Below are positions 46,838-56,968 of a stretch of 64,000 bases of DNA, in pieces. Position 1 is the stretch's first letter; the number at the start of each line of letters is the position of its first letter. Location of the stretch: IMG/VR virus record IMGVR_UViG_3300025892_000008, one strand, 5' to 3'. The notes beneath the pieces are model-generated. The model was not told the DNA's origin. It was given only the letters and a program-made list of their open reading frames with translations, and did no database searches. The position numbers were made by a program, and so were the translations under genes. The DNA is from a virus. Taxonomy: Duplodnaviria > Caudoviricetes.

Positions 46838-47440
46838 ATGAAAGTAGAACTTGAAGATGTAGCATTTTGGATGGATGCAATTCGCAATAGCGATGATAGA
46901 TACCGCACGCTGGAAAGTTTTTGGAAAGGCCAAATCAACAGTAAAGTTTGGTTAGTAGAAGCATTAGAAGAACTAAACATTAATAGTCCTCAAACAATTG
47001 CTATACATGGAGGCTGGAATGGTTTATTGGCAAGTTTACTTTTCAACAGCAACTTAAATATACAACATATTACAAGTGTAGACATTGATCCTAAATGTAA
47101 AGAAACAGCAATAACAGTAAACAAGCGTCAGGAAATGCAAGGACGTTTCACAGCAGAAACAGCAGACATGTGTACTTACACAGAATTTGCAGATATTGTA
47201 ATCAATACAAGTTGTGAACATATTACGCAGGAGCAGTACAACGAATGGCTTGAACGACAACAAAACTCGCTTATTGTATTACAAAGCAATAACTATTTTG
47301 AATTACAAGAGCATGTTAGATGTGCTAACGATTTAAATGAATTTATAAGTCAAAGTAATATAAAACCGTTTTTTAAAGGAACACTTGAAACACCTAAATA
47401 TACAAGATATATGATAATAGGGAAAAAACAAATTGGCTGA
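46838..47440 (+). CDS. Class I SAM-dependent methyltransferase-like
   Basis: IHGGWNG..A, SVDIDP, ADM, VINTSCEH. Confidence 0.7.
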   Translation: MKVELEDVAFWMDAIRNSDDRYRTLESFWKGQINSKVWLVEALEELNINSPQTIAIHGGWNGLLASLLFNSNLNIQHITSVDIDPKCKETAITVNKRQEMQGRFTAETADMCTYTEFADIVINTSCEHITQEQYNEWLERQQNSLIVLQSNNYFELQEHVRCANDLNEFISQSNIKPFFKGTLETPKYTRYMIIGKKQIG

Positions 47441-48815
47441 ACTAGACAAATATAAAAAAGCAATAGCAGATGCTGCTGGTACAGAAACATTTTGTGTCTT
47501 ACCATGGATACATTTCGCTACAAGGCCCAACGGTGATATGCGTCTGTGCTGTTCAGCAAACGCCAGCGGCGCAGGTGAGGACCATGAAGTAGGTTTGGTA
47601 AAAATGGAAAACGGCAAGCCTGCAAACTTTGGTAGGGAAACACCGATGGAAGCATGGAATAACGATTACATGAAAAGTGTAAGGACGACTATGCTTGATG
47701 GCAAAATACCTGCAAGTTGTAGAAAATGCTTTGAGGAAGAGTCTAAAGGAGTTGCAAGTAAACGTGTTTGGGAAAGTTATACTTGGATGGAAGATGGTGT
47801 TGATATACCTGAACTTATAAGACAAACAAAAGAAGATGGCACAGTTCCTGAAAATTTAAAATATCTAGACTTACGTTTAGGACATACATGTAATATTAAA
47901 TGTGTCATGTGTTCACCACACGATAGTAGCAAGTGGGTTGCCGATCATAAAAAATTAATTCCAGTTTTACAAGATCCTGAAGTTAAAAGACAAATGCAAT
48001 GGGATAGAAAAGAGTTCAATAACAAATGGCATGAGAAAGATACATTCTGGGAAGAAATGAATGCACAGATCCCTAACTTAAAACAGGTATACTTTGCAGG
48101 TGGCGAGCCGTTAATGATTAGAGAACACAAAAAATTTATTGAAGAAATTATTAGACAAGGATATCAAGACAAAATACTGTTACGTTATAACAGTAACGGA
48201 TTGCTAGTTGATGAAGATTTAATAGAATTATGGAGCAAGTTTAAGAAGGTCAAGTTTGCAGTGAGCATGGATGCTAGTCATGGACGTGATGAATATATAC
48301 GTTATCCTACAAACTTTGAAACTGTAGAAAAAACTTTGCATATGCTTGATAACACACCTGACAACATACAAACAAGTTTAGCAACAGCAATACAGATATT
48401 CAACATAAAACACTTGCCTGATTTTATGAAGTGGAAACTTGAAAGCGGATTTAAAAAACTAAATGCAGGAACAGTTCCAGGCGGCATACAAATGGGCGGT
48501 GGCCTAGTTAATATGCACCTGTTGTATATTCCAACATTCCTTAGTATACAAATACTACCTGAAGAAGATAAGCAAGAAGTTAAAGAACGCTTCATGGACT
48601 TTAAAGATTGGCTATGGAATAACTATAGACAAGATGACGAATATTGGAAACATAATCCATATGGGTGGAAACGTTGGGAAGCAGTTCTTAATCACATGAA
48701 TGCACAAGACAACAGTCACCTATTACCAGGCTTTAAAGAATATACAAACAAACTTGATGCTATACGTGGACTGTCAGCAGCCAAAGTATTTCCAGAGTTA
48801 GCACACTTACTGTGA
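47433..48815 (+). CDS. Twitch-domain radical SAM protein
   Basis: N-terminal FCVLPW...NGD.RLCC; CNIKCVMC; AGGEP; TTG start. Confidence 0.88.
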   Translation: MAELDKYKKAIADAAGTETFCVLPWIHFATRPNGDMRLCCSANASGAGEDHEVGLVKMENGKPANFGRETPMEAWNNDYMKSVRTTMLDGKIPASCRKCFEEESKGVASKRVWESYTWMEDGVDIPELIRQTKEDGTVPENLKYLDLRLGHTCNIKCVMCSPHDSSKWVADHKKLIPVLQDPEVKRQMQWDRKEFNNKWHEKDTFWEEMNAQIPNLKQVYFAGGEPLMIREHKKFIEEIIRQGYQDKILLRYNSNGLLVDEDLIELWSKFKKVKFAVSMDASHGRDEYIRYPTNFETVEKTLHMLDNTPDNIQTSLATAIQIFNIKHLPDFMKWKLESGFKKLNAGTVPGGIQMGGGLVNMHLLYIPTFLSIQILPEEDKQEVKERFMDFKDWLWNNYRQDDEYWKHNPYGWKRWEAVLNHMNAQDNSHLLPGFKEYTNKLDAIRGLSAAKVFPELAHLL

Positions 48816-49777
48816 TTAAACAAGTAATAAATTCGCAAAATCCTAAAACACTTCGTATTGAATATATGATTGGCAATACTTGTAATCACAAGTGTTGGTA
48901 TTGTTTTAAAGGCTCAAATGAAGGTGAGTTTAGATGGACTGACAATTTTGATGCTACTACTAAAAACTTTTTCCATCTATTAGATCATTATAAAAAATAC
49001 GGCAAAGAAAGATTTGAAATACACATTGTAGGCGGTGAACCTACACTATGGCCTGAATTAGGTAAGTTTACAAAACTTCTTAAAGAAAATTATAATTCTT
49101 GGATTAGTATTAGTACTAATGGTTCTCGTACATCAAGGTGGTGGGAACAGTACGGAAAATATTTTGATGATGTAATGATTAGTGTACATCATGAATATGC
49201 TGATATAGAACATTTAAAGAAAATATCTGATATAGTTTATAAGCAAGGACCTGTTGTAAATGCAATGGTATTAATGGATCCGTTTGCTTGGGATAAGTGT
49301 ATAGATATAGTAAAGCAATTACGTACAAGTGAATATAGATGGTTTATAAATGCAATGGAAATTATGCACACAACTATTGATTATACAACTGAACAATTAA
49401 AATATATAAGCAAACCAATAAAGAGATATCCTAATCCTTTATGGATATTAAAAAAATTAAAAAACTTAAAACGTAATCCTAAAGTTGTGTTGGATAACGG
49501 CAAAACAAAAACTGTAAATAGAAATTGGATCGGATTAAACAAGCAAACTAATTTCAAAGGTTGGTTATGTAACATTGGTGTAGATAATCTTTATATTGAT
49601 AAAGACGGTAGAGTTACAGGTGCGTGTAGAACAGTACTATTTGAAAATTATAACATTAATGATGTAGATTTTATAGAAAAATTTAATCCAGTAATCAAAC
49701 CTAAGATATGTGATATGGATTTTTGCGGATGTCAACCTGAACAGTTGTTAGATAAGGTTAAAGTAGTTCCTTTGTAA
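48812..49777 (+). CDS. Radical SAM protein
   Basis: CNHKCWYC, VGGEPT, C-terminal C..G...C...C..DFC.C. Confidence 0.88.
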   Translation: MIKQVINSQNPKTLRIEYMIGNTCNHKCWYCFKGSNEGEFRWTDNFDATTKNFFHLLDHYKKYGKERFEIHIVGGEPTLWPELGKFTKLLKENYNSWISISTNGSRTSRWWEQYGKYFDDVMISVHHEYADIEHLKKISDIVYKQGPVVNAMVLMDPFAWDKCIDIVKQLRTSEYRWFINAMEIMHTTIDYTTEQLKYISKPIKRYPNPLWILKKLKNLKRNPKVVLDNGKTKTVNRNWIGLNKQTNFKGWLCNIGVDNLYIDKDGRVTGACRTVLFENYNINDVDFIEKFNPVIKPKICDMDFCGCQPEQLLDKVKVVPL

Positions 49778-50663
49778 GAGGGATGTCAGCGGCACAAGTA
49801 CACCACTTACGAGTACAAGTTATCCAATCTTCCGGTTGTTCAAAACTACCGTCATAAATGTTACCTATACTTCCGCCAACTCTACAAGTAGCACGATGAA
49901 CTTCACCGTCCCAATTAATCATTAGGCTTTCTATACCTGCACTACACTTCCAACCTTCAAATTGATTTAGATGTTGTTTAATAACATCGTTGGCATGCAT
50001 TTCTTCTTTATCGTCAATGATGACATTAGGCTTTGCTGTTGATGTTTGATTAAGTATCCATTCTAAATCTTTGCCTTCATATTTTAAATCATTAAACACG
50101 TCATGGTCACCTTCTGTCCATCGTATTCGTCTTACAACATAAGGAATACTGTGTCCGTCAAACATTGTAGCACACTCTTTTACTCTATCCATAAATTTAT
50201 GATGTGCCATTAAGTTAACTTGAAATGGCTTTTTTGTATATGCACCTTCATTTATCTGAGAAAACATTAACACAGTTTCTGCACATCTTCTCCAATGTTC
50301 ATTATCTTCTACATGCAAACTAAACACAATATGATTTACATTAAGGTCACTGTAGTACTGTGCTGTCCGTGTTCCGTTAGTAGTTACATTGATCCAATCA
50401 ACACGCTGACTTGCATGATCAACTAGTTCTGTAAACTGTGGGTGTACACACGGTTCACCGCCTGTAAAACTTACACGAATTGATTTATCAATTTCAGCAA
50501 GTGCATCAACTGCATCTATTAATACTTTAATATGTGTGTGTGGGCTAGTGTTATCGTGTATTTCTGCTGGACAATAACTACAATCAAAGTTACAACGTTT
50601 GCCAAGGTTCCATTCAACATGTATACTATTTTGATGTGGCCATTTGCTTATTACTTTATACAT
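49758..50663 (-). CDS. Radical SAM protein
   Basis: CNFDCSYC, TGGEPC, C-terminal Cys cluster. Confidence 0.88.
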   Translation of the reverse strand: MYKVISKWPHQNSIHVEWNLGKRCNFDCSYCPAEIHDNTSPHTHIKVLIDAVDALAEIDKSIRVSFTGGEPCVHPQFTELVDHASQRVDWINVTTNGTRTAQYYSDLNVNHIVFSLHVEDNEHWRRCAETVLMFSQINEGAYTKKPFQVNLMAHHKFMDRVKECATMFDGHSIPYVVRRIRWTEGDHDVFNDLKYEGKDLEWILNQTSTAKPNVIIDDKEEMHANDVIKQHLNQFEGWKCSAGIESLMINWDGEVHRATCRVGGSIGNIYDGSFEQPEDWITCTRKWCTCAADIPLTKELL

Positions 50664-51924
50664 AAGGAGCAAACTCAGGGTTGGCTGTGAGAAAGTCTTG
50701 CCCCCTAGTTTTATCTAGATTATGGTTGAATGCTATACAGTCTTGCCAATGTGTGTCGTGCATACATTTAGCCTGTAAAAAATTAATGTTGTCTTGTATT
50801 TGTTGTAGAGTAACTTTTTTAAGCAATTCATTTTCTTTTATAGCATCATAATTTAAAACTTTGGTTTTCATTGCTTCTAAGTCTTTTATTACTTTTTCTT
50901 TTAGTTCTGGCGGCACTACTTGAGCTGACAAAGACATAGGATAGTTTACTCTGTGTGAGTAAAATACAATACCCATATCGTTTAAGAAATAATCAATAAC
51001 ATCACAAATCTGCATAATGTTATTTGCTTGAACTGTGAAAGCACCTACTACTCTACTTACATTAGGAAAACTTTTAAAAATTTTTACATTTTCTTCTACT
51101 TCACTAAACTTACCATTGCCTCTAATATATTCATATGTGTCATGCAAACCATCTATGCTTACATTTACTGCAACACTTTTAAACTTAGGCCAGTAGTCAT
51201 GAATAGTACGTCCACCTTTAATACCTAATGTTGTGCCGTTAGTAGCATACTTAATTTCTATATTTTCTCCATACTCTGCTAGTCTATCTAAAATTTTATA
51301 GTGGTATGGATCCATCAATGGTTCTCCACCTGCAAATTCTACACGTCTAAAGAAAGGCAATAGTTTTTCAAAACTACTCCACCAGTTGTCTGAGTTATCA
51401 AACGGACCTATATACTTTCCAGGTGTATCGACTAGTTTTTCAACTGTAGGAATAAGATAGTTGTTTTCTTTTTTATAAAATTCAGTAACTTGATTCCAAT
51501 CTTTCCATTGTGTGCTATCTAACGGATTGCACATACGACACTTTAAATTACAAAGATTGTTAAGTTTTATTTCCATAGTAGGAAGTTCAAATGGCATTGT
51601 GTAATCTTCGTTCAAAGCATCTAAAGCATCAGGGTATAAGTTTACCCTTGCTTCAGGTATTACTCCTGCTATATGACGCTGTCGTAAGCTCTCTACACCC
51701 TGATCTTCAAGATCAAAGCACGGCTTACAAACATCTGGTCGCTCGTCATTCATTACCTGGCGCCTGACTTCTTTCATCTTGTCGCCATTCCACACTTCTT
51801 CTACTGTTTCATTTTGTATCCAACCAATTGGTTGACTACGACAGCATACTTTGATAGCACCGTCTTCTCTTGTTGCCAAGCCTGTAAAGGGGTGCATACA
51901 AAATGTTTTACTTTTGCATGGCAT
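50656..51924 (-). CDS. Twitch-domain radical SAM protein
   Basis: FCMHPF...DGAIKVCC; CNLKCRMC; AGGEP. Confidence 0.88.
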   Translation of the reverse strand: MPCKSKTFCMHPFTGLATREDGAIKVCCRSQPIGWIQNETVEEVWNGDKMKEVRRQVMNDERPDVCKPCFDLEDQGVESLRQRHIAGVIPEARVNLYPDALDALNEDYTMPFELPTMEIKLNNLCNLKCRMCNPLDSTQWKDWNQVTEFYKKENNYLIPTVEKLVDTPGKYIGPFDNSDNWWSSFEKLLPFFRRVEFAGGEPLMDPYHYKILDRLAEYGENIEIKYATNGTTLGIKGGRTIHDYWPKFKSVAVNVSIDGLHDTYEYIRGNGKFSEVEENVKIFKSFPNVSRVVGAFTVQANNIMQICDVIDYFLNDMGIVFYSHRVNYPMSLSAQVVPPELKEKVIKDLEAMKTKVLNYDAIKENELLKKVTLQQIQDNINFLQAKCMHDTHWQDCIAFNHNLDKTRGQDFLTANPEFAPYV

Positions 51925-52594
51925 TCATTACTCCCCATTGTCTTTCTTGACACCAGAAACATTTACCGCAGGTTGGAACTACCTGTCCTGGTGTGTACGT
52001 TGTATAATCCAATCCTTCAAATTCTCCCTCACAACTCCTTGTGATATCAAATAGGCTTTCTATTCCGTGTTGGTGATATTGCCCCACTATCCAATCCTTT
52101 GCTGTCTGTGCAAATGGATGGAACACATCTATGCCCATGTGCTTCATGTGTGTGGGCAGAACGCCCTCATCTCTTTCCGGCAATGCACCCTCAAAGCTCA
52201 CATCAGGATTTTTAGTAACTGCTGAATACCAAGCATCCAACTTGTAATTATGTATTATAAACTCATTGTGTGATCTGAGTATGATTCTATTGCCCGATTT
52301 AGTCTTGCCGTATTCGTCAGTGATGTATGTAGTATTCGGCTCTTCCATTTCCGGCGGTATGAATCCCTCGTGCCTCACAAACTTGTTTTTTGGAAAGTTG
52401 TCAACTAGCCAATGGTATACGTCCAGACTATTCTGTCTCTGCCACGGACGATTCTTCCAGCATCTTACCTGTGTGACAACGTGTATTTCAGCATCGGTCT
52501 GCGTGCAGATTAGATAGGCTAATAGGGCACTATCTGCACCACCACTTAGGCTTATGCCAATCCTTTTCCATTTTGAATTTATACAAAGGTCCAT
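51908..52594 (-). CDS. QueC-like PP-loop adenylating enzyme
   Basis: SLSGGADS; TRSC...CGKCFWC.ER zinc motif; start refined to 52594. Confidence 0.7.
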   Translation of the reverse strand: MDLCINSKWKRIGISLSGGADSALLAYLICTQTDAEIHVVTQVRCWKNRPWQRQNSLDVYHWLVDNFPKNKFVRHEGFIPPEMEEPNTTYITDEYGKTKSGNRIILRSHNEFIIHNYKLDAWYSAVTKNPDVSFEGALPERDEGVLPTHMKHMGIDVFHPFAQTAKDWIVGQYHQHGIESLFDITRSCEGEFEGLDYTTYTPGQVVPTCGKCFWCQERQWGVMNAMQK

Positions 52595-52599
52595 GTAGA

Positions 52600-52615
52600 T
52601 ATTTACCAGTAAATA
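52600..52615. promoter_or_regulatory. Back-to-back TAAATA motifs
   Basis: TATTTA (52600-52605), 4 nt, TAAATA (52610-52615); further TAAATA at 52638-52643. Confidence 0.65.
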
Positions 52616-52648
52616 TGTGCAGTTAATTATTTCATGGTAAATATTAGT

Positions 52649-53302
52649 ATGCTTGAAAAAACGCAATATTTTGCTGACATAGAAAAACACTCCTTTGATG
52701 GGTTCAGTGATAAGACAATTCTGAATCAACCCACGGGAGATTTTTTCTACGACCCTTGGATCATCAAGGACGAATACAAGGGAACCATGTGGGAAGAAAT
52801 ACTATCCACTCTGCCCGAACAGCATGGCGAAGCAAGGATTATAGTGATGGAGCCAGGAACCACCTACATGGCACATTCCGACATAGATGATAGATGGCAC
52901 CTTAATCTACAGGGCAAAGAGAGTTATCTCATAGACTTGGATAACCTTGACATGCATGCACTTAGCCGCGACGGATGTTGGTATATCATGGATGCTGGCA
53001 AGAAACACGTTGCATCGAACTTTGGACCCGTGGATAGAATACAATTAGTAGTTAGGCAGTTGCTGAACCCAACAACGGAAAAGAATCTAGTGGAAGTTAG
53101 TATTAAGCCATCGGCGGAAAAATTTGATTATCGCTTTCAGTTTGACAAGCATGTGAGTCCATGGCTCAATCGTATTAACAAGCAGGGACTAATGAAGGAC
53201 TTTGCTCCTGACGGGAGCAGTGTTAGTTTTAAGATTGTAGAGTCAGCACTAGAAGATTTAAAGTTAACTAGCGACTTCGAAATCACTACTTCTAGAGTGT
53301 AA
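52649..53302 (+). CDS. AspH/cupin-like 2OG-Fe(II) oxygenase
   Basis: ARI....PG..Y.AHSD; KHVASN.G...RIQLVV; start refined by TAAATA-N5-ATG. Confidence 0.7.
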   Translation: MLEKTQYFADIEKHSFDGFSDKTILNQPTGDFFYDPWIIKDEYKGTMWEEILSTLPEQHGEARIIVMEPGTTYMAHSDIDDRWHLNLQGKESYLIDLDNLDMHALSRDGCWYIMDAGKKHVASNFGPVDRIQLVVRQLLNPTTEKNLVEVSIKPSAEKFDYRFQFDKHVSPWLNRINKQGLMKDFAPDGSSVSFKIVESALEDLKLTSDFEITTSRV

Positions 53303-53911
53303 TACAAGCAACACCACATCTTCTCCTGTGTTGTTATACATCTTGTGTTTGAATTGTGCATTAAAACAAAAAGCATCATAATCCATTAGATCAAAACTCT
53401 CATTGTCGACGTGTATAATGCAGCCCTTGCTATCAGGTTTGCTCAACGGAATGATTATGTTTGTCCTTCCAGTTTCGGATTTTTCAGGACTGGTTGTTTG
53501 ATCATAGTGTTCGAATATGAACGTGTTCGCACTGCAATGATGGAATGCACCATATGTCAGGGGAAGTTTCGTTATATGATTTATAATGCTAGAATACTTT
53601 TCCTTAATGCTGCCATCTATATCTTCATTAAGTGATTGATCGTAAAACTTTAAGAAATACCAGTCAAACTCTTTGTCGTAGTCTTTAATAGGATTGACTT
53701 CGGTTTCGCCGTTTTCGTAATAGGTAATTTTATCATCCTTACCGTGAACGTGATAGCAGATATCCGATTTATCGTTTTTTATTTTGACTCTTTGGACAAC
53801 GTCTTTACCTATATCAACTTCTTTTAAAAAGTTTTTTACGATATCTTTTAGATCCAGTATTTCTCTTTTGTAGGTATAATCCTCAAAGGATCGTGTCTTG
53901 TTTACCATCAT
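53264..53911 (-). CDS. AspH/cupin-like 2OG-Fe(II) oxygenase
   Basis: EHYD...FNAQFKHKMYN....V.LVL. Confidence 0.65.
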   Translation of the reverse strand: MMVNKTRSFEDYTYKREILDLKDIVKNFLKEVDIGKDVVQRVKIKNDKSDICYHVHGKDDKITYYENGETEVNPIKDYDKEFDWYFLKFYDQSLNEDIDGSIKEKYSSIINHITKLPLTYGAFHHCSANTFIFEHYDQTTSPEKSETGRTNIIIPLSKPDSKGCIIHVDNESFDLMDYDAFCFNAQFKHKMYNNTGEDVVLLVLHSRSSDFEVAS

Positions 53912-53919
53912 GCTCATAT

Positions 53920-54264
53920 TTATGATCCTTCTACCTTAACAAAAATATATTGATCATCTTCCTCAATTATTGTTCCTGATCTTCCTGCTTCGTTAAAAAT
54001 ATCTTTGCCTATTTCTTCAAAATATTCATAAGCATTTCTGTGGAAATAATTTAGAGTGCAGGTATCAGACACTCTTAAAAAATACCAAGCAAAGTCCTTA
54101 CAAGCATACGATTTATGACACACAAACAATTTTCCACCTTCATTATGCCATAATAGTCTGTCTTGAACTTTAATGATAAACGCAGTGTCAGGAGGACTGT
54201 TTACATCATTTGCCCTTGTCATTACGTCTTGCCTGAATTCTTTAATAGTAGCACTTTTTAGCAT
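53920..54264 (-). CDS. Hypothetical protein
   Basis: Start refined to 54264 (TAAATA-N5-ATG). Confidence 0.6.
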   Translation of the reverse strand: MLKSATIKEFRQDVMTRANDVNSPPDTAFIIKVQDRLLWHNEGGKLFVCHKSYACKDFAWYFLRVSDTCTLNYFHRNAYEYFEEIGKDIFNEAGRSGTIIEEDDQYIFVKVEGS

Positions 54265-54287
54265 AAGTATATTTATTATATGGAGTA

Positions 54288-55205
54288 TTGGCAGTGAAAA
54301 TATTAATGACAGGATCATCGGGATTCATAGGTTCTCATCTATCTGAAAGGCTAAAGAATCACGAAGTGCATCACTTGAAAAGTGATTTGCTAGATCATCA
54401 ATCAGTTGCTGGTGAAGTATTATCAGTAAAACCTGATATTATTGTTCATCTTGCTGCACGTACAGAAGTAGAACAAAGTTTTTACGAGCAGATTACATTT
54501 AGTGAAATTAATTATGTTGGAACAGTTAACTTAATTGAAACAGCAGCCAAGGTAAAAAATTTAAGAAACTTTGTATTTGCAAGTACAATGGAAGTATACG
54601 GTTGGCAACCTATTTCAGATGAAATTGAAGAACACGGTACACCAAAGCAATCTATAGCATTTGATGAGTACACTGTTCCTAATCCTAATGCTCCGTATGC
54701 AGTTGCAAAGTATGGTTGTGAAAAGTATTTAGAATATGCACATCGCTGTTATAACTTTCCTTTTACAGCTCTAAGGCAAACAAACTGCTATGGTAGAAAA
54801 GACAATCAGTTTTTTGTAACTGAACAAATTATTAATCAAATGTTAACTAATCCAGATGAGTGCAACTTAGGTTATGCTGAGCCTTATCGTAATTTTATTT
54901 TTGTTGACGATATGCTAGATGCCTGGGAAACAGTAATTAACAATCCTGACAAATGTAATGACGGAAGTATCTTTACAATTGGTCCAGATAATCCTATCAA
55001 GATTAGAGACTATGCAGAACTAATTGCTAAAAAGTTAGACTGGAAAGGAACTATTAATTGGGATACAAAACTATTTCGTGCAGGAGAGATTTACTGGCTT
55101 AACTCCAACAATACACTAATTAAGAAAAAACTAGGGTGGGAACCAAAAGTTACACTAGACGATGGACTTGATAAAACTATCAAGATATGGAAGGCTAAAG
55201 TATGA
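54288..55205 (+). CDS. NDP-sugar 4,6-dehydratase/epimerase
   Basis: TGSSGFIG, HLAA, ASTMEVYG, PYAVAK, RQTNCYG. Confidence 0.88.
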   Translation: MAVKILMTGSSGFIGSHLSERLKNHEVHHLKSDLLDHQSVAGEVLSVKPDIIVHLAARTEVEQSFYEQITFSEINYVGTVNLIETAAKVKNLRNFVFASTMEVYGWQPISDEIEEHGTPKQSIAFDEYTVPNPNAPYAVAKYGCEKYLEYAHRCYNFPFTALRQTNCYGRKDNQFFVTEQIINQMLTNPDECNLGYAEPYRNFIFVDDMLDAWETVINNPDKCNDGSIFTIGPDNPIKIRDYAELIAKKLDWKGTINWDTKLFRAGEIYWLNSNNTLIKKKLGWEPKVTLDDGLDKTIKIWKAKV

Positions 55206-55879
55206 AGTGGAATTCATATTTAAAACTTGACAGCATAGGTAGTCCTTGTATGGCACAGCAAACCTACGAGCCATTAGTAAGTGAGGATGGTAAGACATTT
55301 TGCAAAAACTATTCATTTCCGAACGAATACCAATATAGAGATATCAAGGACCGCCCTCTATACACAAAGGAAGTTGTTGATTGGTTTTTCCAAAATGAAC
55401 TAGCATTCATAGAATATTTCAAGAGTAAGCCTTACGCTCCTGAAATTAAGGACATCGATTATGCCAATCAAAAAATATATCTAAAGTGGTATAGTGAAAG
55501 TTGCAACCAAGTAATGTATAGCGGCCGCGATTGGCCACAAGCACAATGGCGCAAACAGATTAGAGACATAATTATCGATCAGTATGATGAGGGTGTTTAT
55601 AAGTTAACTATGTATCCACACTGCCACTACATTGATGATAATGATAACATGCGGGCAATTGATTGGTATGGATGTGTTCCGGTTGACGAGCCATTCATTG
55701 AAGAAAAATACATGCAGGGAATTATACACGAGACCGCACAATTTAGATTAGACGAAACCGGCAAACCTATTGAAGATAAACTAAACTTAGAAATAATGTT
55801 CCAACGCAGCCTAAGCACACATGTATTATGGGGAGATCAAGACATGAGTTATATCTACAAGGAATTATTTAATGCCTAA
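55202..55879 (+). CDS. Kinase-fold-like protein (paralogue 1)
   Basis: FCK..., WF..E..F, APEI..ID, YKL.MYP..., AIDWYG pattern; similar to 60147-60839. Confidence 0.5.
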   Translation: MKWNSYLKLDSIGSPCMAQQTYEPLVSEDGKTFCKNYSFPNEYQYRDIKDRPLYTKEVVDWFFQNELAFIEYFKSKPYAPEIKDIDYANQKIYLKWYSESCNQVMYSGRDWPQAQWRKQIRDIIIDQYDEGVYKLTMYPHCHYIDDNDNMRAIDWYGCVPVDEPFIEEKYMQGIIHETAQFRLDETGKPIEDKLNLEIMFQRSLSTHVLWGDQDMSYIYKELFNA

Positions 55880-56444
55880 ATATTTTGGAACTACAAATAA
55901 TATTATAGACTGGGATTCTATTGTAGACGTCTGTAAAAAATGTACAACAGGAGATGTTAATACTCCGGTTGCTGTAATTGATAGAAGCGAAACAGAAGCC
56001 GAAGGCACACTGTTAGAAAGTTATAGAGATATAATGAATACTTGGCTTGAAGCAGGTTATAAACTAGAAGAAATAAAATGGGTTGACTATTATCCTGGAG
56101 AACATTTTGATATTGATATACAAAACAAATTTGCAAAAATAGTAGATGCACAACCTTTAAGAGTGTTTGTAAGTGATGTTGCTCCAGGAAACAATGTACC
56201 TTACCATTGGGACGTAGAAGATAAAGAAGAAGAATGGTTAGCACAAGGTGAACTTAAACGTTGGGTATGTTTTATAGACAAACCGCGTTGGGGTAATGTA
56301 TTAGTATTAGAAGAACAAGCATATCATAATATAGCTCAAGGCGAAATATGGGAATGGGATAATTATCGTAGTCACCATGCAGGAACTAGTATGGGCGTAC
56401 ATCACCAGTACTTGTTTCATTTTTTAGGAAGGCCAAACAAATGA
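55872..56444 (+). CDS. 2OG-Fe(II)/cupin oxygenase
   Basis: PG..VPYHWD; GEIWEW.NYRSHHAG. Confidence 0.7.
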   Translation: MPKYFGTTNNIIDWDSIVDVCKKCTTGDVNTPVAVIDRSETEAEGTLLESYRDIMNTWLEAGYKLEEIKWVDYYPGEHFDIDIQNKFAKIVDAQPLRVFVSDVAPGNNVPYHWDVEDKEEEWLAQGELKRWVCFIDKPRWGNVLVLEEQAYHNIAQGEIWEWDNYRSHHAGTSMGVHHQYLFHFLGRPNK

Positions 56445-56968
56445 AAAATTTAGGAGTATGTGATACTATTGACTGGGATAGTGTAATAGAACAATGTGCA
56501 AGTGTTGATCCAGAGTTTGTAGGGCCAAGCCACAAACGTGGAGATACTATTCCTGGACTAGATCCTATATTAGATATGTGGGTGGAAGCAGGATATAAAA
56601 CTGTACATGAAGGCGGCACAGCAGGATGGGATATGTTTATTCCGGGAAAGCAGTTTGATGAAAGTGTAGTTGATGAATGGAATACATACTATGGATTAGA
56701 ATGTAATAATGTTTGGATCAGTAGAGTATGGCCTGGACGATTTGCTCCTATACACTGGGACGTACATGATGACGAAGTTAATTTACCTGACTGTCCAAGA
56801 TATCATTGTCACATAGGAAAACCACAATGGGGACATATTTTTATTGCAGATGAAGAATTATTTTATAACCAGCCACAGGGCACAACTTGGCAATGGACTG
56901 ATAGAAAGATATGGCATGCAGGAACAAACTGTGGAACACAACCTAAATATATATGGAATGCATGGTAA
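56441..56968 (+). CDS. 2OG-Fe(II)/cupin oxygenase, tandem paralogue
   Basis: PG.FAPIHWD; G..WQW....WHAG.N.G..PK. Confidence 0.7.
   Translation: MKNLGVCDTIDWDSVIEQCASVDPEFVGPSHKRGDTIPGLDPILDMWVEAGYKTVHEGGTAGWDMFIPGKQFDESVVDEWNTYYGLECNNVWISRVWPGRFAPIHWDVHDDEVNLPDCPRYHCHIGKPQWGHIFIADEELFYNQPQGTTWQWTDRKIWHAGTNCGTQPKYIWNAW

Noticed and set aside
45950-46933. Extended N-termini in the ORF track (46933, 52729, 54318, 60211, 37594)
   Set aside because: They overlap opposite-strand or upstream genes; downstream ATGs fit the TAAATA spacing or translational coupling better
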